Origin: an uncultured Actinomycetota bacterium
GTDB lineage: Bacteria > Actinomycetota > Actinomycetes > JAHEKZ01
Direction: 5' to 3'
Assembly: GCA_963829525.1 (NCBI GenBank)
Contig: CAWHIJ010000003.1
Span: 2,432,001-2,496,000, forward strand
DNA length: 64,000 nucleotides
Below are positions 23,157 to 32,688 of this stretch, piece after piece. The notes below the pieces were generated by a model, which had not been told where the DNA came from, did no database searches, and saw only the letters and a list, made by a program, of their open reading frames with translations. How positions within the stretch are numbered: position 1 is the first letter of the stretch; every line of letters starts with the position of its first letter. The translations under genes and the position numbers were made by a program.

Positions 23157-23546
23157 TCACGCGTCCTCGAGCGATTGCAGCGCCGTCTTGAGTCGATCCG
23201 CTGCCTCGCTGGCGACGGTTCAGGCATCGTCGCCAGCAACGCTCATCATCCCCATCGGGTCGACGGCCTCAACCAGCACTCGGTCGCCATCCTGCCGCAC
23301 CACCACATTGCAGGGCAGCAGGACGCCGATCGAAGCCTCGGCGCTTATGGCCCGGTAGGCGAGCGGAGGATTACACGCGCCAAGGATGAGGAACGGGCCG
23401 ACGTCAGCGTCGAGCTTGGCCTTCATCGTGGCCCTCACATCTATCTCGGTGAGGACGCCAAAGCCCTGCTCGGCCAGAGCGCCTCGGGTGCGTGCGACGA
23501 CGTCGTCGAAAGGGGCCGCCACGTGGGTCTTGAGTGAGATCTCCAT
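23157..23546 (-). CDS. DUF302 family protein with an internal in-frame TGA at 23220-23222, probably a sequencing error
   Basis: QGFGVLTEIDV, ILGACNP, IGVLLPCNVVV. The reading frame continues after TGA as TVASEAADRLKTALQSLEDA*, the expected C-terminal helix. Confidence 0.85.
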
Positions 23547-23552
23547 GGAATA

Positions 23553-23568
23553 ATACCCTAGGGGGTAT
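23553..23568. promoter_or_regulatory. CsoR/RcnR-family operator-like palindrome ATACCC-TAGG-GGGTAT
   Basis: Perfect 6-bp arms with C- and G-tracts, in an AT-rich divergent promoter between DUF302 and thioredoxin. Confidence 0.7.
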
Positions 23569-23612
23569 AGTTGAATCGATCAACTGAACTGTTCCGACCA
23601 AAAGGAGACCAG

Positions 23613-23990
23613 GTGTCAACCCTGACCCTGACCAAGGAGAACTTCGCCGAGACGATCGGTGGGAACGACATCGTCGTCATCGACTTCTGGGCGGCCTGGT
23701 GCGGTCCCTGCCGTGCCTTTGGCCCGGTCTTCGAGAGCGCCAGCGAGGCGCACACCGACGTCGTCTTCGCCAAGGTCGACACCGAGGACCAGCAGGAGCT
23801 GGCCGGCATGTTCGGGATCACGTCGATCCCAACCCTGGTCGCCTTCCGCGAGAAGGTTCTCGTCTTCGGCGAGGCGGGTGCCCTTCCGGCTCCGGAGCTG
23901 GAGAAGGTGCTGACCGCCGTCAAAGAGCTCGACATGGCAGACGTCCACGAAAAGGTGGCTGAGCAGCAGAAGTCCGCTGAAACAGCCTGA
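23613..23990 (+). CDS. trxA: Thioredoxin
   Basis: IDFWAAWCGPCRAF, ITSIPTL; AAAGGAG RBS before GTG 23613. Confidence 0.95.
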   Translation: MSTLTLTKENFAETIGGNDIVVIDFWAAWCGPCRAFGPVFESASEAHTDVVFAKVDTEDQQELAGMFGITSIPTLVAFREKVLVFGEAGALPAPELEKVLTAVKELDMADVHEKVAEQQKSAETA

Positions 23991-24023
23991 CCCCGTAGGC
24001 TTCCCGCAATCAAGGGAGGCTCC

Positions 24024-25253
24024 ATGGTGTTTCGCGTCGAGTCAGAGGTCGGGCAGCTGCGGCAGGTGATCGTCCACCGGCCGGGCCTGGAGATGGACCG
24101 TCTCACCCCGAGCAATGTCCACAGCCTGCTGTTCGACGATGTCCTCTGGGCCGAACGCGCCATCGAAGAGCATGACGCGTTCACGGCCGCGCTAAGGGAC
24201 CGCGGGGCTCACGTTCACTACTTCAATGAGCTGCTTGGAGAGGCACTGCGGTTGGAGGCGGCCCGCGAGTTCCTCCTCGAGCGCGTGGTCCACGAAGAGA
24301 CCATGGGCCCCAATCTGGTGTCACCGCTGCGGAACTTGATCGCCAACACCGAGCCGCAAGAGCTCGCCGACTTCATGATCGGCGGGATCCTCAAGAAGGA
24401 CCTGCCGGCACCGGAGTGGCCCAGCCTCCTGTGGCGTCTGCTCGACGACGAGGACTTCGTCCTCACCCCGCTCCCCAACCACCTGTTCCAGCGAGACAAC
24501 TCCGCATGGGTCTATGGCGGTGTCTCGGTCAACCCGATGGCCAAGGCCGCGCGCAAGCGTGAGGCGATTCACTCCCGACTCATCTACGGCTTCCACCCCA
24601 TGTTTACCGCAGCCCACGATGACATCGTCATGTACTACGGCGACGACGACGAGGTGCACGACCCGGCCACCTGCGAAGGTGGCGACATCCTGGTGATCGG
24701 TAACGGAGCCGTCATGATCGGGCTCAGCGAGCGCACCACGCCACAGGGGGCGGAGATCCTGGCCCGCAACTACTTTCGCCTCAGCGGGGGTGCGGTGACG
24801 CGCGTCATCGCCGTCGACCTACCCAAGACTCGGGCCTTCATGCACCTCGACACCGCCATGACCATGCTCGACGCCACCACGTTCATCACGTATCCGTACC
24901 TACCGGCCGAGATGCGTAGCTACACACTCACCCCAGGAGACGACGGCGCACTCACCATCTCGCAGAACGAAGACCTCTGGTCAGCGGTTGCCGACGCGCT
25001 CGAGATCGATCGCGTCCGGGTCCTCTCAGTGTCTCAGGACATCAGGGCAGCCGAACGTGAGCAGTGGGACGACGGCAACAATTTCTTGGCGCTGTCCCCC
25101 GGTGTCGTCATCGGCTACGAGCGCAACACCACGACCAACCGGTACCTCGAGGAGCAAGGCATCGAGGTAATCGCCGCGGCGGGCAGCGAGCTGGGACGCG
25201 GCCGCGGCGGGCCGCGCTGTATGACCTGCCCGATCGAGCGCGCCCCGATCTGA
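24024..25253 (+). CDS. arcA: Arginine deiminase
   Basis: [55 protein letters not shown]. Confidence 0.97.
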   Translation: MVFRVESEVGQLRQVIVHRPGLEMDRLTPSNVHSLLFDDVLWAERAIEEHDAFTAALRDRGAHVHYFNELLGEALRLEAAREFLLERVVHEETMGPNLVSPLRNLIANTEPQELADFMIGGILKKDLPAPEWPSLLWRLLDDEDFVLTPLPNHLFQRDNSAWVYGGVSVNPMAKAARKREAIHSRLIYGFHPMFTAAHDDIVMYYGDDDEVHDPATCEGGDILVIGNGAVMIGLSERTTPQGAEILARNYFRLSGGAVTRVIAVDLPKTRAFMHLDTAMTMLDATTFITYPYLPAEMRSYTLTPGDDGALTISQNEDLWSAVADALEIDRVRVLSVSQDIRAAEREQWDDGNNFLALSPGVVIGYERNTTTNRYLEEQGIEVIAAAGSELGRGRGGPRCMTCPIERAPI

Positions 25254-25260
25254 CCCAGCC

Positions 25261-27084
25261 TTACGCCTGCTGCGCCGCCTCTAGACGCGCGCGGAGCCCA
25301 TCGAGCTGCCCGCGCAGCGCCGCTGGCAGATGTGCACCGAACTTGGCGAAGTACTCGTCGGTGAGCTCGGCCTCGTCGATCCACGTCTTCGGCTCGACGG
25401 CGAAGAGCTCAGCGGTCTGCTCGTCGGTGAGTCCAAGCCCGTCGAGGTTCATCGAACCGTCAGCCGGAAGCTTGCCGATCGGCGTCTCGATCGCCTCTGC
25501 GTCGCCCTTGAGCCGGCGGATGATCCAGTCGAGGACGCGGCTGTTCTCGCCGAATCCTGGCCAGAGGAACTTTCCGCCAGCGTCCTTGCGGAACCAGTTG
25601 ACCTGGTAGATCCGCGGCAGCTTGCTGGCGTCAGTGGCCTGTCCGACCTTGAGCCAGTGGCCCCAGTAGTCGGCCATGTTGTAGCCGCAGAACGGCAGCA
25701 TGGCGAACGGGTCGCGCCGCAGCGCTCCGACGGTGCCTTCGGCCGCAGCGGTCTGCTCGCTGGAGACCGTCGAAGCGAGGAAGACGCCGTGCTCCCAGTC
25801 GAACGACTCGTTGACCAGTGGCACGTTGGTGGCGCGACGGCCGCCGAACAAGATCGCGTCGATCGGGACACCCTTGGGGTCTTCCCAGCTGTCGGCGATC
25901 GACGGGCACTGCGAGGCCGGAGCGGTGAAGCGGCTGTTCGGGTGCGACGAGGGCTCGTCCGATGCCGGCGTCCAGTCGCGGCCCTTCCAGTCGATCAGGT
26001 GCGCGGGGGCCTCGTCTGTGAGGCCCTCCCACCAGACATCACCATCATCGGTGAGCGCAACGTTGGTGAAGATGCTGTTGCCCCAGAGGGTGTCGATCGC
26101 GTTCTGGTTCGTTGAGGCACCGGTGCCGGGCGCGACCCCGAAGAACCCGGCCTCCGGGTTGATGGCGTAGAGGCGCCCGTCGTCGCCGAAGCGCATCCAG
26201 GCGATGTCGTCGCCGACCGTCTCAACGGCCCAGCCGGGAATCGTCGGCTGCAGCATGGCGAGGTTTGTCTTGCCACAGGCGCTGGGGAAGGCTGCCGTGA
26301 TGTGGTGCGCCGTGCCCTCGGGTGAGGTGAGCTTGAGGATCAGCATGTGCTCGGCAAGCCAGCCCTCGTCACGCGCCATGACCGACGCGATGCGAAGCGC
26401 GAAGCATTTCTTGCCGAGTAGCGCGTTGCCGCCGTAGCCGGAGCCGTAGGACCAGATCTCGCGGGTCTCGGGGAAGTGGACGATGTACTTGGTGTCGCTG
26501 CAGGGCCAGGCGACGTCCTGTTCGCCGTCGGCCAGTGGAGCGCCAACGGTGTGAATGGCAGGAACGAAGTCGCCGCTGTCACCGATGAGGTCCAGGGCGG
26601 CCTTGCCCATTCGCGTCATGATCCGCATGTTGACGACGACGTACGCGGAGTCGGTGATCTCGACACCGAGCTGCGAGATCGTGCCACCCAGCGGTCCCAT
26701 GCTGAACGGAACGACGTACATGGTGCGGCCGCGCATCGAGCCGTCGAAGAGCGGACGGAGCGTCTTGCGCATCTCGTCCGGAGCCATCCAGTTGTTCGTC
26801 GGGCCGGCATCCTGCTCGCGCTCGGCACAGATGTAGGTGCGGTCCTCAACCCGAGCGACGTCCTTGGGGTTGGAACGGGCCAGGAAGCTGTTCGGGCGTT
26901 TCTCCTCGTTCAGCCTGATGAACGTCCCGGATTCGACGAGCTCAGCAGTGAGCCGGTCCCACTCCTCCTGCGAGCCGTCCGCCCAGACCACCCGGTCGGG
27001 CTTGGTGAGGGCGGCGATCTCCTCGACCCAGGCCAGCAGCTTGGCATTCTTTGTGGGCGCTTCAGCAAGACCGGGAATCGTCAT
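25261..27084 (-). CDS. pckG: Phosphoenolpyruvate carboxykinase (GTP)
   Basis: [51 protein letters not shown]. Confidence 0.98.
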   Translation of the reverse strand: MTIPGLAEAPTKNAKLLAWVEEIAALTKPDRVVWADGSQEEWDRLTAELVESGTFIRLNEEKRPNSFLARSNPKDVARVEDRTYICAEREQDAGPTNNWMAPDEMRKTLRPLFDGSMRGRTMYVVPFSMGPLGGTISQLGVEITDSAYVVVNMRIMTRMGKAALDLIGDSGDFVPAIHTVGAPLADGEQDVAWPCSDTKYIVHFPETREIWSYGSGYGGNALLGKKCFALRIASVMARDEGWLAEHMLILKLTSPEGTAHHITAAFPSACGKTNLAMLQPTIPGWAVETVGDDIAWMRFGDDGRLYAINPEAGFFGVAPGTGASTNQNAIDTLWGNSIFTNVALTDDGDVWWEGLTDEAPAHLIDWKGRDWTPASDEPSSHPNSRFTAPASQCPSIADSWEDPKGVPIDAILFGGRRATNVPLVNESFDWEHGVFLASTVSSEQTAAAEGTVGALRRDPFAMLPFCGYNMADYWGHWLKVGQATDASKLPRIYQVNWFRKDAGGKFLWPGFGENSRVLDWIIRRLKGDAEAIETPIGKLPADGSMNLDGLGLTDEQTAELFAVEPKTWIDEAELTDEYFAKFGAHLPAALRGQLDGLRARLEAAQQA

Positions 27085-27189
27085 GGGAACCTCTCCAGCG
27101 GGACGCGGCGGGATTATGGCTCTCAGGGTGCCCTAAGTGGACGAAATCCTCCATGCGGTTGGCTCAATTCCACCCATATCCAGGAGGTT

Positions 27190-27239
27190 TGTGAGCAACT
27201 CCACATGGTGGAACTGCTCAGAAGGTGACCTTGCTCACG
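27190..27239. promoter_or_regulatory. Two CRP/GlxR-like sites upstream of pckG
   Basis: TGTGA-GCAACT-CCACA (27190-27205) and GGTGA-CCTTGC-TCACG (27224-27239) versus the consensus TGTGA-N6-TCACA. Confidence 0.55.
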
Positions 27240-27249
27240 GTGGCGGGGG

Positions 27250-28620
27250 CTACTGAGCCGTCCGCCGGAGCACCACTCCTGGCAGTCCGCCCGATGGTCG
27301 CAGCGTGACGCCGAAGTCCGGTCGCACCGACGTCGGGCGTTTCGGCCTGGCCCTCAGCACACGAGCCAGAGTCGCCACGACCAGAGGCGCCTCCATCAAG
27401 GCGAGGTCGCGGCCAATGCAGAGGCGTGGCCCCGCCCCGAACGGCAGGTAGGTCAGGGGGCCGGTTCCCGACTCACTCGGTGACGTCTCCCCTAGGAACC
27501 GGTCCGGGTCGAACCGGTCCGGGTTCGGCCACCACTGCGTGTCCCGGTGAATGGCGTACGGCGAGATGATCACGGTGGTCCCTGCCGGCAGCTCAAAGCC
27601 ACCGAGGACATCCGACTCGAGGCTGCGCCGGGTGATCACCCATGCCGGGGGGTAGAGCCGCAAACACTCATCGATCACAGCCCGGGCGTAGGGCAGACGC
27701 TTCAGGATGTCGACGTCCCACCCCGACGACTCAGGATCTGGCAGCCCATCCACCTCGGCTTGGACACGTTGCTCCGCTTCCGGGTGACTGGCGAGCAGCA
27801 CCCAGGTCCAGGTGAGGGTGGCGGCCACGGTCTCGTGGCCGGCAACAATCAGGGTGACCACCTCGTCGCGCACCTCCCTCGCCGACGCGAGCCCCTCGTC
27901 CATCGCGGTGATCAGCAGCCACAGCGTGTCCGTCCCCGGCTTTCTGCCCCGCCTGGCCGCGATGACGTCATCAACGGCTGCGTCGAGCACCTTCATCGCT
28001 CCGCGGAAGCGGCGATGACCAGGTGTCGGCCATGACTCCGGGATGGGGAGCGGCTGCTGCGCCCTGGAAACAACCACGTGCAGCGCGGTCATCACCGCGC
28101 CCACCAGATGGTCGGCCCGACCCGCAAGATTGCCGCCCAGCAATGTCGCGGCGACAATTTCCAGCGTGAGCTCGAGCATCGCCGCATCGAGGTCGAGCTC
28201 GGTCTCCACCCCCTGGTGGACGGTCCGCTCGACCCACGCGGTGCACACCTCGTGCACCGACGTCGCCATCGCCGCGACCAAGTCGTGGTGGAAACCGGGC
28301 GACATGACGCGGCGCATCCTTCGCCAGAGGTCGGCATCGGACGCCAGCAGGCCGGTCCCCGTCACCAAGGCAAGCGTGTCGTACTGAATCGTCCGCTTGC
28401 CGTAGGCCTTGTGGTTGCCCTGCAGCACCCGACGGACCTCCACCGGGTCGGAGATCAACCACACCTCACTGCGCGGCATCGGGAAGCGCACCACCGACCC
28501 ATAGCGCTGGGCGCACTGGGCCAGAAATGCTGGTGGCATCGAGCGCATCAACCGGATGTTGCGCAGCATCTCAGGGCCTTCTGGCCCTGGAGGCAGCTGG
28601 CGGTCCGGGGCGACACTCAC
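27250..28620 (-). CDS. Cytochrome P450
   Basis: AGHETVA I-helix, ECLR (ExxR), FDPDRF, YLPFGAGPRLCIG heme motif. Confidence 0.96.
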   Translation of the reverse strand: MSVAPDRQLPPGPEGPEMLRNIRLMRSMPPAFLAQCAQRYGSVVRFPMPRSEVWLISDPVEVRRVLQGNHKAYGKRTIQYDTLALVTGTGLLASDADLWRRMRRVMSPGFHHDLVAAMATSVHEVCTAWVERTVHQGVETELDLDAAMLELTLEIVAATLLGGNLAGRADHLVGAVMTALHVVVSRAQQPLPIPESWPTPGHRRFRGAMKVLDAAVDDVIAARRGRKPGTDTLWLLITAMDEGLASAREVRDEVVTLIVAGHETVAATLTWTWVLLASHPEAEQRVQAEVDGLPDPESSGWDVDILKRLPYARAVIDECLRLYPPAWVITRRSLESDVLGGFELPAGTTVIISPYAIHRDTQWWPNPDRFDPDRFLGETSPSESGTGPLTYLPFGAGPRLCIGRDLALMEAPLVVATLARVLRARPKRPTSVRPDFGVTLRPSGGLPGVVLRRTAQ

Positions 28621-28732
28621 ATCAGCAGCCTAGGCAGCATCAGGGCGACTCGCGGCGTGGGTGCGTGCACTCGACCCCAACAAGAGGCACTCTGGGCGCC
28701 TAAAGGACCTCCCCTTCCCCGAGGAGCCGAGC

Positions 28733-29083
28733 ATGCAGGACGTCACGCACCCGCACCACCCGCACGAACACCGCGTCTGGGTCGTGCCCGACACGACGCT
28801 CGGACGCTGGGCGGTCTTCGTCTTCACCATCGCTGCTGTGGTGGCCATCGCCTCCCCCTTGGTGGCATGGGTTACCCAGCACCTCGTCGAACCCGGAGCA
28901 GGAACACCCTGGTTCTTCGCTCTGTGGGGGTCGACTCTCGTTGGATTGGTCGTGGCAACCGGCGCCGGTGCAGTCGCGGCCATCGCGCTGCTCCGCGACC
29001 ACGCCGTGCTCCTCCTGGCGCCAGTTGCGGTGGCCGCGCTCGGCGTCGCGGCTCTGGTCACCACGAACGGTGTGCTGAGCTAG
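28733..29083 (+). CDS. Small hypothetical membrane protein (about 3 TM segments, His-rich N-terminus)
   Basis: GAGGAG RBS; hydrophobic segments; co-oriented with tag. Confidence 0.7.
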   Translation: MQDVTHPHHPHEHRVWVVPDTTLGRWAVFVFTIAAVVAIASPLVAWVTQHLVEPGAGTPWFFALWGSTLVGLVVATGAGAVAAIALLRDHAVLLLAPVAVAALGVAALVTTNGVLS

Positions 29084-29087
29084 GACG

Positions 29088-29708
29088 GTGACCGAGACCC
29101 TCGTCGACGGCGACCTGCTTGACCGCGGCGAGGACGGTCTACTCCGCTGCTTCTGGGGCGGCAGCACCGAGGAGTACCGCGCTTACCACGACACCGAGTG
29201 GGGCCGCCCCGTCCGCGACGACACGCGACTCTTCGAGAAGATCTGCCTCGAGGGCTTCCAGTCCGGGCTCTCGTGGCTGACCATCCTGCGCAAGCGCGAG
29301 AACTTCCGCGCCGCCTTCGCGGGATTCGATGTCGAGGCCGTTGCGTCTTTCGGTGATGCCGACATCGAGCGGCTACTGCAGGACGCGGGCATCGTCCGCC
29401 ATCGCGGCAAGATCGAGTCGACGATCAACAACGCACGGCGCTGCATCACGCTGCTTGGCGGCGACGAGACCCTGACCGAGGTGGTCTGGGGGTTTGCGCC
29501 CGAGCCCCGATCGCGTCCGGCGGTCATCACCCAGCAGTGGGTGATGGGCCACCCTCAGACACCAGAGTCAGCAGCGCTCTCCAAAGAGCTCAAGCGTCGG
29601 GGCTGGAGCTTCGTCGGCCCTACCACGATGTACGCCTTCATGCAGTCGGTGGGCGTCGTCAACGATCACCAGGCGTCGTGCCATGTCCGCACTGCGGGTA
29701 GTCGGTAG
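29088..29708 (+). CDS. tag: DNA-3-methyladenine glycosylase I
   Basis: RCFW, YHDTEWG, LFEKICLEGFQSGLSW, FVGPTTMYAFMQ..G.VNDH..SC. Confidence 0.96.
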   Translation: MTETLVDGDLLDRGEDGLLRCFWGGSTEEYRAYHDTEWGRPVRDDTRLFEKICLEGFQSGLSWLTILRKRENFRAAFAGFDVEAVASFGDADIERLLQDAGIVRHRGKIESTINNARRCITLLGGDETLTEVVWGFAPEPRSRPAVITQQWVMGHPQTPESAALSKELKRRGWSFVGPTTMYAFMQSVGVVNDHQASCHVRTAGSR

Positions 29709-29737
29709 CCTGCAGGCACCTCGACACCGGAGCCTCC

Positions 29738-30229
29738 ATGACCCACACGTACACCTATGCGGTCTCCCCCAGCACGCTGCTGGATGCGCTCGCCAACCTC
29801 GACTACCTCGCCGCGCGCAGCGAGCGCTTTGGGGGTGTCGGCGCTCCGACCACCGAGCGCGCCGCGGAAAGCGTGGTGATCACGGCTGTGCGCCAGCTTC
29901 CGATGGACAAAATCCCGGCAGCAATCAAGGGCTTGGTCGGTGATGGCCAGATCACTCAGGTTGACACCTGGTCAACCATCTTGGACGCCGACGGAACGTT
30001 GCGCGGAACCTGGCGCGCCGAGCTGGGCACCGCCCCGGCCATTATCGGTGGCGACTACTCGATCGAATCGACGACCGATGGCAGCAGCTACTCATGCACG
30101 GTCAATGTGAAGGTCAAGGTGCCTTTCGTCGGCGGCAGGATCGAGCAACAGGTACGCGGCTATCTCGACTACCTCATCACCAAAGAACAAGCCTTTCTCG
30201 GCGACTGGGTGGGTCAGAGCCGATCATGA
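29738..30229 (+). CDS. DUF2505 family (START/SRPBCC-like) protein
   Basis: C-terminal VKVKVPFVGGRIE motif; typical length. Confidence 0.8.
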   Translation: MTHTYTYAVSPSTLLDALANLDYLAARSERFGGVGAPTTERAAESVVITAVRQLPMDKIPAAIKGLVGDGQITQVDTWSTILDADGTLRGTWRAELGTAPAIIGGDYSIESTTDGSSYSCTVNVKVKVPFVGGRIEQQVRGYLDYLITKEQAFLGDWVGQSRS

Positions 30230-31254
30230 GCGGCGTCCGCGACATTCGGCTCTGCATTTTGGGGTTCGGCTACGTCACACAAAGGTTCTGCGAACTCGTG
30301 CGTGACCGCGAGGGAGTGTTGGCGCGCGATTATGGCGTCCGGTTCCTCGTGAATGCCGTTGGCACCGGCAGACACGGCTCGTGGCTGGACCCCGAGGGCG
30401 GAACACCAGCCGACGTGCTCATGGCCTTCCGCGCCAATGGAGACCGGTTTCTGTCCTCTGAACGAACTGGTGAAGATCTCATCGCGGCGTCCGGCGCCTC
30501 GGTCCTTGTCGAGTCGACGCCGTTGCGGCACGGTGGGGAGTTAGCAATTGCCCACATCGACGCGGCCTTCGATGCCGGGCTGGACGTGGTCACCGTCAAC
30601 AAAGGCCCGATCGCCTGGGACTATCGACGCCTGCGCGACCGCGCCGACGCAGAGGGGCGGCGGCTGCGGCACGAGGGCGTCACGATGGACGGCTGTCCCG
30701 TCTACAACCTGGCCGAGTTCTGCCTTCCGGGCGATCGGGTGTTGGGGTTCCGTGGCGTCCTGAACTCCACCAGCAACTACGTTCTGGACACCATGGCTGA
30801 AGGCGCATCGCGAGAATCTGCCATCGCAGAGGCGGTTGAAGCGGGATTTGCCGAGACGGATCCCACCAACGACCTTGAGGGTCACGATGCCGCAGCGAAG
30901 GTCGCCGCCCTGGCGAACGTCCTTCTCGATGCGGACATCACGCCAGATGTGGTCGCCCGCGACTCGATCGCGGAGTTGAGTCAGGACGACGTTGCAAAGG
31001 TGGTCGCCTACGGAAGACGCCTTCGCTTGATCGGCGAGGCGCAGCGCAACGACGACGGCGACGTGACCGCGCGGGTCACCCTCGAGCCCGTCCGTAGCCG
31101 AGACCCGATGTACTGGATATCCGGGACTTCGTCAGCCATCGTCCTTGAAACCGAGCTCGCCGGCACCGTCGAGATCGTCGAACGTGACGGTCAGCTCACG
31201 CAGACCGCGTATGCGATCTACGCCGACTTACTCACCATCGCGCGTGGCATCTGA
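30226..31254 (+). CDS. hom: Homoserine dehydrogenase-like protein without ACT domain
   Basis: ILGFGYV, VVTVNKGP, GVLNSTSNYVL, GFAETDPTNDLEGHDAAAK; ATGA overlap with DUF2505. Confidence 0.85.
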   Translation: MSGVRDIRLCILGFGYVTQRFCELVRDREGVLARDYGVRFLVNAVGTGRHGSWLDPEGGTPADVLMAFRANGDRFLSSERTGEDLIAASGASVLVESTPLRHGGELAIAHIDAAFDAGLDVVTVNKGPIAWDYRRLRDRADAEGRRLRHEGVTMDGCPVYNLAEFCLPGDRVLGFRGVLNSTSNYVLDTMAEGASRESAIAEAVEAGFAETDPTNDLEGHDAAAKVAALANVLLDADITPDVVARDSIAELSQDDVAKVVAYGRRLRLIGEAQRNDDGDVTARVTLEPVRSRDPMYWISGTSSAIVLETELAGTVEIVERDGQLTQTAYAIYADLLTIARGI

Positions 31255-31400
31255 TCGCTCTGAACTCTTTCGGCTTGCGAGTGCACCAAAAGAACGAGAA
31301 GCACTCCCCCGTGACCGAAGTCACTCAGGTCGGGGGTTCTTGGGCGTTTGGCGGGCTGGTTGCAGGGCATACCAGTCAGTAACCCAGAAGGAGAAGCGAC

Positions 31401-31615
31401 ATGAATCCGATGATCCCCGCCAGCAAGCGCACGTCTAGCGTGGTCCGCGAGCAGACAGCCGAAGATCAGACGGACCTCCAGGGCACGACCACGAGGTGGA
31501 CAGACCACAGGAACACCCGTCCGTCGATGGTCCGCTGATGGATCGGTGGCTCGACCGGCTGGTCACGCGCCTCTTTGACGCGCGCCTGCCCTGGACCTGG
31601 GATGAGTGCCAGTAG
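31401..31615 (+). CDS. Candidate small protein: 45 aa as read, about 71 aa if one G is restored near 31481
   Basis: Strong AGAAGGAG RBS before ATG 31401; GC3-rich continuation in the shifted frame. Confidence 0.35.
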
Positions 31616-31670
31616 AACCAATCTCCGGGTATGGAAGGCTGGCAGTTAATCCAGACACCACGGAGGGCAC

Positions 31671-32663
31671 ATGCGCCTGCTGATCATCGGCGGCACCCAG
31701 TTCGTCGGACGCCACATTGCCGAGATCGCACTCGAGCGGGGACACCAGGTATCGGTCTTCCACCGAGGCAAGACCAACGCCGACGCCGTGCCGGAAGCAG
31801 AGCACATCTTGGGCGACCGGGACCACGACCTCGAGAACCTGGCAGACGGCCACTGGGACGCAACGATCGACGTCTGCGCCTACGTTCCTCGTCAGGTGGA
31901 CCAACTGGCCGAAGCCCTCGGCGAGCGGGGCGGGCGACATGTATTCATCTCGACAGTCTCGGTCTACGCCGAGCCGTCGCCGCCGAACTCAGATGAGGAC
32001 TCGCCCCTCGCCGATCTGGACGACCCGTCCACCGAGGTCGTTGACGGCGAAACCTACGGAGGTCTCAAGGTGCTCTGCGAGGGGGCGGTTGCCGAACACT
32101 ACACAGACGCCATTGTCATTCGCCCCACGTATGTCGTGGGGCCGTACGACTACACCCACCGGTTCACCTATTGGGTCAACCGCATCGCCGATGGTGGCCG
32201 AGTGCTTGCTCCGGACATTCCCAACTACGGCATCCAGGTCATCGACGGGCGCGACCAAGCACGCTGGATCCTAGAGCTCCTTGAGCGCGGCGAGTCGGGC
32301 ACCTTCCACACCGTCAGCCCGCCACCGCCCTTCACCTTCGCCGACATGCTGCGAACGATCGTGGACGCCGTCGGGCCCGCAGGAACCGAGATCGTCGCGG
32401 TCGATCCTGCTTTCTTGATCCAGCACGGAGTCGGCAACTCCGACCTTCCGCTCTGGTATCCGTCGGCTGAGCCTGACCCCGGCATGAACTGCAGCCCGGC
32501 GCGGGCGGTGGCCCACGGGTTCGCTACACGTTCGCTCACCGACACCGTCCGCGAGACACTCGCGCACGAACGCAGCACGCCAACGCCAAACCCGGACGGA
32601 ACCGGCTGGAGTCGGGAGCGAGAGGCCGAGGTACTCGCCGCATGGGACGCGCTTAGCGTTTGA
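31671..32663 (+). CDS. NAD-dependent epimerase/dehydratase (isoflavone-reductase-like atypical SDR)
   Basis: IIGGTQFVG, FISTVSVY, YGGLKVLCE, IRPTYVVGP. Confidence 0.92.
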   Translation: MRLLIIGGTQFVGRHIAEIALERGHQVSVFHRGKTNADAVPEAEHILGDRDHDLENLADGHWDATIDVCAYVPRQVDQLAEALGERGGRHVFISTVSVYAEPSPPNSDEDSPLADLDDPSTEVVDGETYGGLKVLCEGAVAEHYTDAIVIRPTYVVGPYDYTHRFTYWVNRIADGGRVLAPDIPNYGIQVIDGRDQARWILELLERGESGTFHTVSPPPPFTFADMLRTIVDAVGPAGTEIVAVDPAFLIQHGVGNSDLPLWYPSAEPDPGMNCSPARAVAHGFATRSLTDTVRETLAHERSTPTPNPDGTGWSREREAEVLAAWDALSV

Positions 32664-32688
32664 GCGCCTGGCACGCATTCGGCGAGCT

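Noticed and set aside
23220-23222. In-frame TGA in DUF302 as selenocysteine or programmed readthrough
   Set aside because: The position is not a Cys site in this family and the helix appears one residue short. GCCTGAACC is readily explained as a homopolymer-collapsed sequence such as GCC CTG AAA ACC in an error-prone assembly, and I saw no convincing SECIS.
27250-31254. P450 plus nearby small ORFs as a RiPP or secondary-metabolite cluster
   Set aside because: No precursor-like peptide next to the P450 and no other biosynthetic or export genes; the neighbours are housekeeping genes.
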